From Patescibacteria group bacterium (GTDB lineage: Bacteria > Patescibacteriota > Minisyncoccia > UBA6257 > 2-01-FULL-56-20): 64,000 nt of DNA. This document shows, one piece after another, positions 1-8,296 of this stretch. Every line of letters starts with the position of its first letter. The stretch's first letter is position 1. Below the pieces are notes generated by a model, which saw nothing but the letters and a program-made list of their open reading frames with translations, was not told the DNA's origin and did no database searches. A program made the position numbers and the translations under genes. The DNA lies in NCBI GenBank assembly GCA_018971305.1, contig JAGXBC010000003.1:28325-92324 (forward strand), read 5' to 3'.

Positions 1-237
1 GCCCAGCTTATTGACGATGGCAAGTCGCATACTTTGGCACAGGCTTCTTCTGCGGAATTGGAGAAGTCTTCCAAGTTGCATAAAACCGGAGCAGCTGCTG
101 CTGTCGGAGAACTTTTGGCTAAGAAGGCCTCAAAATTAGGAATAAAGACCGCTGCCTTTGACCGCAGGGGTTATAAATACCATGGCCGGATCTCAGCCTT
201 AGCCGATGGAGCAAGAAAAGGAGGTCTTAAAATATAA
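1..237 (+). CDS. rplR: 50S ribosomal protein L18, C-terminal part (5' end outside the window)
   Basis: The open frame runs from base 1 to the stop at 235-237. The tail ...[32 protein letters not shown] is typical of L18, and the gene sits before rpsE-rplO-secY. Confidence 0.6.
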   Translation, partial: AQLIDDGKSHTLAQASSAELEKSSKLHKTGAAAAVGELLAKKASKLGIKTAAFDRRGYKYHGRISALADGARKGGLKI

Positions 238-709
238 AAAAATAAATATGTTCCACCGAGAAAGAACAATTAAAAAAGACGAATTTAAAGATAAGGTTTT
301 GGACCTGCGCCGTGTTACGCGTGTTGTTGCGGGCGGCAAGCGTTTCCGTTTTAGGGTAACGATTGTTTTAGGAGACGAAAAAGGCAGGGTAGGCATCGGC
401 GTGGCTAAGGGTTTGGATGTTCAGCAATCCATTGCCAAAGCCAAGACCGCGGCAAAGAAGAATATCATTAAAATAAACCTCAAGGATCAGCGAACCATAG
501 CTCACGAAGTGTTTGCCAAATTCAGCGCTGCAAAAGTTATGCTTAAGCCTGCCCGCCAGGGTCATGGTTTAAGGGCTGGGGGCGCAGTCCGTTCAGTTTT
601 ATCTCTTTCCGGCATTAAAGATATAACGGCTAAATGTCTTGGCAGGACGCCGAATAAATTAACTAATGCCCTCGCCACGATAGAAGCTCTAAAAAAATTG
701 AAGGCCTAA
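206..709 (+). CDS. rpsE: 30S ribosomal protein S5
   Basis: The sequence [34 protein letters not shown] shows the S5 dsRBD/S5 domain 2 signature. An alternative start lies at 248 (MFHRER). Position in the spc operon supports the call. Confidence 0.85.
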   Translation: MEQEKEVLKYKKINMFHRERTIKKDEFKDKVLDLRRVTRVVAGGKRFRFRVTIVLGDEKGRVGIGVAKGLDVQQSIAKAKTAAKKNIIKINLKDQRTIAHEVFAKFSAAKVMLKPARQGHGLRAGGAVRSVLSLSGIKDITAKCLGRTPNKLTNALATIEALKKLKA

Positions 710-713
710 AAAT

Positions 714-1151
714 ATGCAACTCCATCAACTCACAGTTAAAAACAGCAAGAGAAGCCAGCGTATCGGCCGTGGAGGTAAGCGCGGTACGACTTCAGGCCGC
801 GGACAAAAAGGGCAGAAGTCACGTTCCGGTCACAGAATGCGTCCTGCACAAAGGGACTTGATTTTGCGTTTGCCGAAAAAACGCGGCTTTAGAAATAAAG
901 AGAAGAGCGTAAAGCCGATAGTTGTAAATCTTGACCAACTGGAACTAAAATTAAAAAAACACGGAGGGGCAACGACGATTAATAAGGAATTTTTGCAAAA
1001 AGCCGGCATTCTTTCAGCCAATGAAAAAAACCTCAAGGTTAAGATCTTGGGAGACGGACAGGTGAGCACCCCGCTTAGATTTGAAGGCTTAATGGTTTCA
1101 AAAACCGCCAAGGAGAAGATAGAAAAAGCTGGCGGCACAGTAGTGTCTTAA
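714..1151 (+). CDS. rplO: 50S ribosomal protein L15
   Basis: Gly/Arg-rich N-terminus RIGRGGKRGTTSGRGQKGQKSRSG. Placed between rpsE and secY. Confidence 0.85.
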   Translation: MQLHQLTVKNSKRSQRIGRGGKRGTTSGRGQKGQKSRSGHRMRPAQRDLILRLPKKRGFRNKEKSVKPIVVNLDQLELKLKKHGGATTINKEFLQKAGILSANEKNLKVKILGDGQVSTPLRFEGLMVSKTAKEKIEKAGGTVVS

Positions 1152-1164
1152 GCTTATAGTTGAT

Positions 1165-2436
1165 ATGAATAAATTCCTCCAGATATTCAAGGTTAAAGAT
1201 TTGCGCGATAAGATCCTCATCGTCGCCGGTCTTTTAATTGTCTACAGGCTGTTCGCTGCTATTCCTATACCGGGAGTGGATGCCGCGCGTTTGCAGAATT
1301 ATTTCAACTCCAACCAATTCCTCGGGTTTCTAAATTTTTTCTCCGGTGGCGGACTTTCTAATTTATCCATCGTCATGTTGGGAGTGGGTCCGTACATTAC
1401 TGCCACGATTATCATGCAGCTCCTTACTATTATATTCCCTAAATTTAAGGAAATGTATTACGAAGAGGGTGCTCGCGGACAGGCCAAGTTTAATCAATAT
1501 TCACGGCTGATAACCGTGCCATTGGCTGTTGTTCAGGCCTACGGATTTCTTACTCTGCTTATCTCTCAGAACGTCATTGACCGGCCGGATCTTTTTAGTA
1601 TGATCCGTAACGTTCTTGTCATAACTGCCGGTTCTATGCTTGCTTTATGGCTTGGTGAACTTATCAGCGAACAAAAGGTTGGCAACGGAATTTCATTTAT
1701 AATCTTGGCTGGTATTGTGGCGCGATTGCCTTCAAGCATCGGCCTGGCTCTTGCCTCTTATACCCCGGGGCTTTTAACCACCTATCTGGGATTCATAATT
1801 ATTGCCGTGCTTTTGGTAGCCGGCGTGGTCTATTTGAACGAAGGTGAGAGGAAAATACCTGTGGCCTACGCAAGGCGGGTAAGAGGGATGAAAATGTACG
1901 GCGGTGCCCAGAGCTATTTGCCGCTTAAAGTTAACCAGGCGGGAATGATACCGCTTATTTTCGCCATCTCCGTTCTGTTATTCCCGCAATTTATCGCACA
2001 GGCGACATCTCTTATATCTCCAAGTTTAGCTCTGAAGGTAAATGGCTTGGTAGCTGGATTTTTGAACAATCAGTTGTATTACGGAATTTTCTATTTCGCC
2101 TTGGTTTTTATTTTCACCTACTTCTATACGGCAATTACCTTTAACCCCGAAGAGGTTTCCAGAAATCTTCAGAAAGGCGGCGGTTTCGTTCCCGGTATCC
2201 GGCCTGGTGAAGCGACCACCGAGTTTTTTTCCGGAATTGTGAATAGAATTACTTTCTGGGGCGCAATGTTTCTTGGATTGATTGCTGTTCTCCCGCTTCT
2301 TGTCCAACGTTTGACCGGCGTTCAAGTTCTGAACATTTCCGGCACAGCCCTTTTAATTGTCGTTGCCGTTGCCCTGGAAATTATGCGCGCCGTTGATTCG
2401 CAGCTGACGGTTAGGGAATACGAGGGCATTGAATAG
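1165..2436 (+). CDS. secY: preprotein translocase subunit SecY
   Basis: 423 aa, ten TM segments. Conserved SecY motifs and the standard position after rplO. Confidence 0.95.
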   Translation: MNKFLQIFKVKDLRDKILIVAGLLIVYRLFAAIPIPGVDAARLQNYFNSNQFLGFLNFFSGGGLSNLSIVMLGVGPYITATIIMQLLTIIFPKFKEMYYEEGARGQAKFNQYSRLITVPLAVVQAYGFLTLLISQNVIDRPDLFSMIRNVLVITAGSMLALWLGELISEQKVGNGISFIILAGIVARLPSSIGLALASYTPGLLTTYLGFIIIAVLLVAGVVYLNEGERKIPVAYARRVRGMKMYGGAQSYLPLKVNQAGMIPLIFAISVLLFPQFIAQATSLISPSLALKVNGLVAGFLNNQLYYGIFYFALVFIFTYFYTAITFNPEEVSRNLQKGGGFVPGIRPGEATTEFFSGIVNRITFWGAMFLGLIAVLPLLVQRLTGVQVLNISGTALLIVVAVALEIMRAVDSQLTVREYEGIE

Positions 2437-2482
2437 TATTTACTTTTTGGAATTTTACCCCACACGGTTTCTCGGAAAATAA

Positions 2483-2507
2483 GACCCGCCATAAAAATAA
2501 GGCGGGC
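2483..2507. terminator. GC hairpin (GACCCGCC..GGCGGGC) between convergent secY and the minus-strand ORF
   Basis: Stem CCCGCC/GGCGGG with an A-rich loop and A/T flanks on both sides. Confidence 0.5.
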
Positions 2508-2520
2508 TAAGAATTAGGCT

Positions 2521-2847
2521 TCAAAAACAAAAACGAAAAATATCTTTTTCTGCCGTATCAAGATGTTGTTTTGTTGCATCAACCAATTCTTTAAGGGTTG
2601 CGCCCTCGGCAAATGCTGTGTTATAAATCTTCCGTTGGTCAAAGCTGTAATGCGAGTGTACCGATGTAAAGTAACCGTCAGTCAGTTCAAATATTGCCAG
2701 AAACGTTATGTGGTCACTATATTCAAGTCCACCGGACTGGACCGTTCGTTTGATTAAATTCCTTTCAAATGGTGCCGATTGTAAAATCGCAGCCAAAAAT
2801 CTATCTCCATCCTTGCCAGGTAGGCCGTCGTAAGTAGTTAGAAACAT
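2521..2847 (-). CDS. hypothetical protein (108 aa) inserted on the opposite strand inside the spc ribosomal operon
   Basis: Clean ORF with protein-like composition. The overlapping plus-frame ORF is Cys-rich junk. No family recognised. Confidence 0.45.
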   Translation of the reverse strand: MFLTTYDGLPGKDGDRFLAAILQSAPFERNLIKRTVQSGGLEYSDHITFLAIFELTDGYFTSVHSHYSFDQRKIYNTAFAEGATLKELVDATKQHLDTAEKDIFRFCF

Positions 2848-2932
2848 AGTTTACCTCTCCTTGCAACGAATTGGTTTTCTACACCTCAATATATATGGAC
2901 TTTTATGATGTGTCAATGTTATTATTAACGGT

Positions 2933-3667
2933 ATGAAAAAATCTGCCATCATACTTTACGGTCCGCCGGGGTCGGGGAAAGGTACGCAGGCAAATCTTTT
3001 GGCCGGGAAATTGAACCTGATACATTTTGATTCCGGAAAGTTTCTTGAGGCCGTGGTACACGACCCTTTGCGCCAGAAGGAGAAATTTATTCAGAAAGAG
3101 AGGGAATTATTTGACACGGGGAAATTGCTGACCCCCAGTTTTGTTTTTAAAGAAGCTGCCAGAGCAGTAACAAAAATAGCCAAAGGCGGATTGGGTGTGG
3201 TTTTTAGCGGTGCGCCTCGCACCGTTTACGAGGCCAAAGGATTGATGCCCATACTTGAGCGCCTATATGGCAAGAAGAATATTTTTGTTTTTGAATTCAA
3301 GCTTCCACCAAATCATTCCGTGAAAAGAAACAGCACCCGTATGATATGCAGGTCGTGCGGTTATATGTTGCTCAATGCATATTATCCGAAAGTGAGAGCT
3401 AAGCATTGTCCGGTTTGCGGCGGGAATTTTTATAAGAGAACCCTCGATAATCCGAAGGTGATCAAGGTCAGGCTTAAAGAATATAAAGAAAGGACAATGC
3501 CGGCATTTACCTTGTTGCGTAAAATGGGATATAAAATCCATGCCATTGACGCCAAGATGGCTCCTTATAAGGTCTTGCACAAAGTTGTGAGCAATATTTT
3601 CCTGAGCGAGAAGAAGAAAGGGTTCATTGCTCCGGATAGCATTAATTTCTATCAGTTTTTGTTCTGA
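2933..3667 (+). CDS. adk: adenylate kinase (long form with zinc-ribbon LID)
   Basis: P-loop GPPGSGKGTQA. LID has CRSCG...CPVCGG. Standard position after secY. Confidence 0.9.
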   Translation: MKKSAIILYGPPGSGKGTQANLLAGKLNLIHFDSGKFLEAVVHDPLRQKEKFIQKERELFDTGKLLTPSFVFKEAARAVTKIAKGGLGVVFSGAPRTVYEAKGLMPILERLYGKKNIFVFEFKLPPNHSVKRNSTRMICRSCGYMLLNAYYPKVRAKHCPVCGGNFYKRTLDNPKVIKVRLKEYKERTMPAFTLLRKMGYKIHAIDAKMAPYKVLHKVVSNIFLSEKKKGFIAPDSINFYQFLF

Positions 3668-4431
3668 TGGGTTCTAATCTAAAAACCGAGGAGGAGATCA
3701 AAATAATGGCGGAGGCCGGCAGGAGATTGGCCCATGTTTTGCAGGTATTAAAGGAAGAAACCTCGCCGGGAATCACAACTGCTTACCTGGACCAGCTGGC
3801 GTTTAGATTAATCGGACAAGCGGATGCTAAACCGGCATTTTTGGGATATAAACCGGAGGGTGCCTCTAGGGCATATCCATATACCCTTTGTGCTTCTATA
3901 AACGAAGTTGTAGTTCATGGCCAGCCATCGGATTATATTATTCAAGATGGCGATTTAGTGAAGCTTGATCTCGGCCTGAAATTTAAAGGATTTTATGTTG
4001 ATTCGGCAGTGACCGTCGGCGTTGGTCGCATCGGACGGGAGGCAAAGAAACTGATTGAAGCAACAGAGGAATCGCTCGGTCTTGCTATTGAAGAAGCCCA
4101 TATCGGGAACACAATCGGGGACATCGGCCACACGGTTGAAAAATATATCACGGGCAAAAAATTCTCTGTTGTTAGATCGCTTACCGGCCACGGTATCGGC
4201 AGGCATTTGCACGAAGATCCGCAGGTTTTGAATTTCGGTAAGCCGGGCGGTGGAGAAGATATTGAAGTTGGCATGGTTTTGGCCATTGAGCCGATGGTGA
4301 CAATGGGTTCCGGTAGAACGGATACTTTGCCGGATGACAGCTTTATAACTGCCGACGGGTCGCTCGCGGCGCATTTTGAACATACGGTAGCGATAACAGA
4401 GGACGGGCCGATAGTGTTGACAAGGTTATAA
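3667..4431 (+). CDS. map: methionine aminopeptidase type I
   Basis: Typical MetAP-I blocks: VVHG, DLVKLDLG, HGIGRHLHEDP, LAIEPMV. Start overlaps the adk stop. Confidence 0.9.
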   Translation: MGSNLKTEEEIKIMAEAGRRLAHVLQVLKEETSPGITTAYLDQLAFRLIGQADAKPAFLGYKPEGASRAYPYTLCASINEVVVHGQPSDYIIQDGDLVKLDLGLKFKGFYVDSAVTVGVGRIGREAKKLIEATEESLGLAIEEAHIGNTIGDIGHTVEKYITGKKFSVVRSLTGHGIGRHLHEDPQVLNFGKPGGGEDIEVGMVLAIEPMVTMGSGRTDTLPDDSFITADGSLAAHFEHTVAITEDGPIVLTRL

Positions 4432-4491
4432 TTATATTCTATTTTATAGCTAGATAATATTTTTTCAGATTCTTAAAATAGGGAGGACGTG

Positions 4492-4923
4492 ATGAAAACA
4501 GGAATTTTTTCTGCTCTAGTTAGGGTGTTTCTGACCCCATTCTTGTATATTTGGTTGCGTCTTAAAATGTGTTACTACGGAGTTTTTTTCGATGAAATTT
4601 CATGTGCCACGAAATCCAAGAAATCGAATCGAATCACGATTATCAATTTATTGCGATTTCGCCGTTGCGATAAGGAAATAACCTACGAAAGAGTATGGAA
4701 AATCGTGTCTATACTGGGAAGATTTGCTTCCTGGGATGAAGTTGAAATTCTGGAAAAATCCGGCCGCTTGCCAAAAGATACTTATTCTGGAGTAGAAACT
4801 ATTAGGTTTCCGGTCGTAACGCACTATGACGTTGAGACCTGGGGTAAGATTGGACCCATTAGCCCGCTTTGGTATGGAATAGCGTGGCCGTGCGAAACAC
4901 GATTTGCTGTTGTTGTGAGATGA
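4492..4923 (+). CDS. hypothetical protein with hydrophobic N-terminus
   Basis: ATG at 4492 preceded by GGGAGGA 6 nt upstream. No family recognised. Confidence 0.45.
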   Translation: MKTGIFSALVRVFLTPFLYIWLRLKMCYYGVFFDEISCATKSKKSNRITIINLLRFRRCDKEITYERVWKIVSILGRFASWDEVEILEKSGRLPKDTYSGVETIRFPVVTHYDVETWGKIGPISPLWYGIAWPCETRFAVVVR

Positions 4924-4947
4924 GTATATGTTGGGTAAAACAGTTAA

Positions 4948-4979
4948 GACCGCTAGAATTTTAGCGGCCTTTTTGTTTT
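4948..4979 (+). terminator. rho-independent terminator
   Basis: CCGCTA-GAATTT-TAGCGG followed by CCTTTTTGTTTT. Confidence 0.6.
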
Positions 4980-4989
4980 GTGTTATAAT
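4979..4989 (+). promoter_or_regulatory. extended -10 element TGTTATAAT upstream of the GT2 gene
   Basis: TG-N-TATAAT sits 37 nt upstream of the ATG at 5026. Confidence 0.4.
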
Positions 4990-5025
4990 TTTTTTACTAC
5001 ATCCTACCATCTAACTTCTATTTTT

Positions 5026-5781
5026 ATGGCCCAACCATTTCTTTCCATAATTATCCCTGCCTATAACGAAGCCGAGCGCATACCTCATACGCTTATTGAT
5101 ATGGATAAAATTTTGAGCCGTTCCGAATATTCCTACGAGATTATGGTTATGAACGACGGTTCCACTGATAATACCGCGGAGATCGTTCGCAATATGGAAC
5201 ATGCCATCAAGAATCTGAAACTTATAGATAATTCGGAAAATAAAGGCAAGGGTGGTGTGGTGAGACAGGGAATGCTTCTTGCGCGCGGTAAATATCGTTT
5301 ATTTACAGACGCCGACAATTCCACTTCTGTTGATCACTTTAACGCCATGGTGCCTTTGTTCAAAGAAGGCTGTGATATTGTGATTTGCGATAGGGCATTG
5401 AAAGGAAGCAAGCTGGAACCGGCAGAGCCGATTTGGCGGCAAATTCCCGGTAAGCTCGGTAACTTGGTGATTCAGGCGCTTCTTCTGCCGGGAATTTGGG
5501 ATACGCAGTGCGGTTTTAAGGCCTTCACGGACGAAGCGGCCGAAAAAATATTTATGCAGAGCAAAATAAGCGGCTGGGGATTCGACGTAGAAATTTTGGC
5601 TTTGGCCAAGAAATTCGGCTATAAAATCAAAGAAATACCGGTTCATTGGGTAAATGCTGCCGGTTCCAAGCTTAAGCTATCGGCCTACTTGAAAGTTTTG
5701 CTGGAAACGTTTAAAATTCGCTGGTGGCTTTGGACTGGTGCTTATGGAATTAGCCAAGAGTCAACGAGCAATAGCCGATAA
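5026..5781 (+). CDS. family 2 glycosyltransferase (dolichol/polyprenol-phosphate sugar synthase-like)
   Basis: IIIPAYNEAERI, NDGSTDNT and the DAD motif (TDADNS) are the GT2 DxD signature. Confidence 0.8.
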   Translation: MAQPFLSIIIPAYNEAERIPHTLIDMDKILSRSEYSYEIMVMNDGSTDNTAEIVRNMEHAIKNLKLIDNSENKGKGGVVRQGMLLARGKYRLFTDADNSTSVDHFNAMVPLFKEGCDIVICDRALKGSKLEPAEPIWRQIPGKLGNLVIQALLLPGIWDTQCGFKAFTDEAAEKIFMQSKISGWGFDVEILALAKKFGYKIKEIPVHWVNAAGSKLKLSAYLKVLLETFKIRWWLWTGAYGISQESTSNSR

Positions 5782-5835
5782 ATAAGATACTAGTTCCGGC
5801 AGCTTGCTGTTTTGCAAGCGGCCATTTATAAAATA

Positions 5836-6294
5836 ATGGACAAATATTATCTAACAAAAGAACGCCTTGAAGAACTCAAGGTTGAGCTTGAAGGGCTCAA
5901 AAATGGGAAACGCCAGGAGGTTGCCGAGAAACTGAAGCATTCTAAGGAATACGGCGACCTTTCGGAAAATTCCGAATACGCCGAGGCGCGTGAAGAACAA
6001 GCGGTAGTGGAAAGCCGCATTTTTGAATTGGACGACCTTCTCAAAAAAGCTGTTATCATCAAAAAATCCGAGAGCGGAGATAAGATTGCCGTCGGTTCTT
6101 TGGTGACCGTCAAAAAGGGAGAAAAAATATTTGAGTATTCTCTCGTTGGTTCATACGAGGCGAAACCGGAGGAGGGAAAGATTTCCGACGAATCGCCATT
6201 GGGGCGCGCGTTCTTGGGGAAAAAAGTAGGGGACGATGTTACAGTAAAAACCCCTGCCGGGGAGGCAACATATCAGATTACGAAAATCGAATAG
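5836..6294 (+). CDS. greA: transcription elongation factor GreA
   Basis: N-terminal coiled coil LTKERLEELKVELEGLK...AEKLKHSKEYGDLSENSEYAEAREEQ and a C-terminal FKBP-like domain. Confidence 0.85.
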   Translation: MDKYYLTKERLEELKVELEGLKNGKRQEVAEKLKHSKEYGDLSENSEYAEAREEQAVVESRIFELDDLLKKAVIIKKSESGDKIAVGSLVTVKKGEKIFEYSLVGSYEAKPEEGKISDESPLGRAFLGKKVGDDVTVKTPAGEATYQITKIE

Positions 6295-6364
6295 CTATCT
6301 GCTAGAATCCGCGCTTGGACGCGGATTTTGAATTTTACAGTTAATTAGGCATAATTTATATGTT

Positions 6365-7813
6365 ATGCTTGACGACCTTATCGCCGAAAGGCGGAAAAAA
6401 TTGGAGAAGATAAAAGAAGCCGGACTTAATGCTTATCCGTCTTCTTCGGAGCGGACTATGGCGATCGCCGAGGCGCGAGAGAAATTCGCCGCACTTGAAA
6501 AAAGCGGCAAGAAGATTTCGCTTGCCGGGCGGCTTACTGCTATGCGCGACCAGGGCAATATTGTTTTTCTTGACCTTGCGGACGAAAGCGGAAAACTTCA
6601 GCTTGTTTTTAAAAAAGACTCTCTGCCGAATCTGGATTTTTATAGATCTGTTTTGGATATAGGTGATTTTGTCTCGGCAAGCGGCGTGCTTTTTAAAACC
6701 AAGAAAGGCGAGGAAAGTTTGGAAGCCAAAGACGTTAGGATCCTAGCCAAAGCAATCAGGCCTTTACCCAGCGAATGGTACGGCTTGGCCGACACCGAAG
6801 ACCGTCTGCGTGAGCGTTATCTGGACTTGCTTATAAACGAAGGAACGAAAGACATTTTCCGGAAGAAGGCGATTTTTTGGAAGACCTTCAGAGATTTTTT
6901 GGAAAAGGAAGGATTTTTGGAGGTGCAGTTGCCGGTTTTGGAATCGGTTCCGGGGGGTGCGGAAGCGGAACCGTTTAAAACTCACCACAACGCCTTGGAC
7001 ACGGATTTTTATTTGCGCATATCGCTGGAGTTGCCGCTTAAAAAGCTTTTGGTCGGTGGATTCGAAAAGGTTTTTGAAATAGGCCGGGTTTTCAGGAACG
7101 AAGGCATAGACAAGGAACACTTACAGGACTACACGCAGCTGGAATTTTATTGGGCTTATAGTGACTACAACGAACTGATGGTTTTCGTGGAGAAAATGTA
7201 TAAAGAAGTTATTAAGGCAACTTGCGGAACATTAAAAACCAAGTTTGGAGACAAAGAAATTGACTGGAGTAAAAAGTGGCCGAAGATTGATTATGTAGAA
7301 GCTTTCAAGAAGGCCAATGGATTGGATGCGACAGAAGCTTCGCGCGATGCGCTGTTAAAAAAAGCCAAGGAATTGAAGCTAGAGGTAGAGAAGAATGCCG
7401 GCAAGGGACGGCTAATAGATCTCATCTATAAAAAAACCGTGCGGCCGAATCTGGTTCAGCCCTGTTTCCTTATCAATCCTCCGGTAGAGATAGAACCTCT
7501 TGCTAAGCGTAAGGAAGGCAACCCGAAAGTCGTGGAGAGGATGCAGGTGATGGCCGGTGGTACCGAATTGGGCAAAGGATTTTCGGAATTGAACGACCCG
7601 GCTGACCAGCGCGCGCGCTTTGAGGAACAGGAAAAAGCCCGAGCGGCAGGGGATAAAGAGGCGCAGAGATTGGACGAAGATTTCGTGGAGGCGTTGGAAT
7701 ACGGCATGCCCCCTGCAGCAGGCTTCGGCGTTTCCGAGCGTTTGTTCTCTGTGCTTATGGATAAACCGGTTCGCGAAACCGTTATTTTCCCATTGATGCG
7801 TCCGAAGAAATGA
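6365..7813 (+). CDS. lysS: lysyl-tRNA synthetase, class II
   Basis: N-terminal OB fold. Class II motifs FRNEGID..H..EFT and GGTELGKGFSEL. Confidence 0.9.
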   Translation: MLDDLIAERRKKLEKIKEAGLNAYPSSSERTMAIAEAREKFAALEKSGKKISLAGRLTAMRDQGNIVFLDLADESGKLQLVFKKDSLPNLDFYRSVLDIGDFVSASGVLFKTKKGEESLEAKDVRILAKAIRPLPSEWYGLADTEDRLRERYLDLLINEGTKDIFRKKAIFWKTFRDFLEKEGFLEVQLPVLESVPGGAEAEPFKTHHNALDTDFYLRISLELPLKKLLVGGFEKVFEIGRVFRNEGIDKEHLQDYTQLEFYWAYSDYNELMVFVEKMYKEVIKATCGTLKTKFGDKEIDWSKKWPKIDYVEAFKKANGLDATEASRDALLKKAKELKLEVEKNAGKGRLIDLIYKKTVRPNLVQPCFLINPPVEIEPLAKRKEGNPKVVERMQVMAGGTELGKGFSELNDPADQRARFEEQEKARAAGDKEAQRLDEDFVEALEYGMPPAAGFGVSERLFSVLMDKPVRETVIFPLMRPKK

Positions 7814-8217
7814 AGAAAGTTTTAGTATTCGGTGTTTTTGATGGTGTGCACGAAGGCCATCGGTCCTTTTTTAAGGAAGCGAAAACGCACGGTGACTACT
7901 TGATTGCCGCCATTGCTCAAGACCATATTGTTGAGCACTTAAAAGGCCGCTTACCGCAGACGAATTTGGCAGACCGTATTGCCGACCTGCAGGCAGAAGA
8001 CGGTGTTGACCAGGTTGTTTTGGGTGATTCCGAAATAGGCACTTACGAAGTTGTCAAAAAATACCGTCCGGAAGTTATCGCTCTCGGCTATGACCAAGAA
8101 GCCTTAAAAGATGATTTGGAAAGCCATAAAAAAGAATTTGACTGGAAGCCGAAGATTGTTGTGCTTAACTCCTACGAGCCGAATAAATATAAGAGCAGTC
8201 TAATTAATAGAAAGTAG
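7810..8217 (+). CDS. cytidylyltransferase-like nucleotidyltransferase (FAD synthetase / FMN adenylyltransferase-like)
   Basis: HxGH motif GVFDGVHEGH of the nucleotidyltransferase superfamily. 135 aa. Start overlaps the lysS stop (ATGA). Confidence 0.6.
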   Translation: MKKVLVFGVFDGVHEGHRSFFKEAKTHGDYLIAAIAQDHIVEHLKGRLPQTNLADRIADLQAEDGVDQVVLGDSEIGTYEVVKKYRPEVIALGYDQEALKDDLESHKKEFDWKPKIVVLNSYEPNKYKSSLINRK

Positions 8218-8296
8218 AAAACAGCAAGTAGAAAGTAGAATTTCTGGAGCCAACACTATTCTATTTTCTAATTTCTAGATTCTATTTTCTATTTTT
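8209..8296. repeat. palindromic cluster of TAGAAAGTAGAA / TTCTATTTTCTA units
   Basis: Forward units at 8209-8240 and reverse-complement units at 8258-8296 around a central spacer. Spans the stop codon of the upstream gene and lies between convergent genes. Confidence 0.6.
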
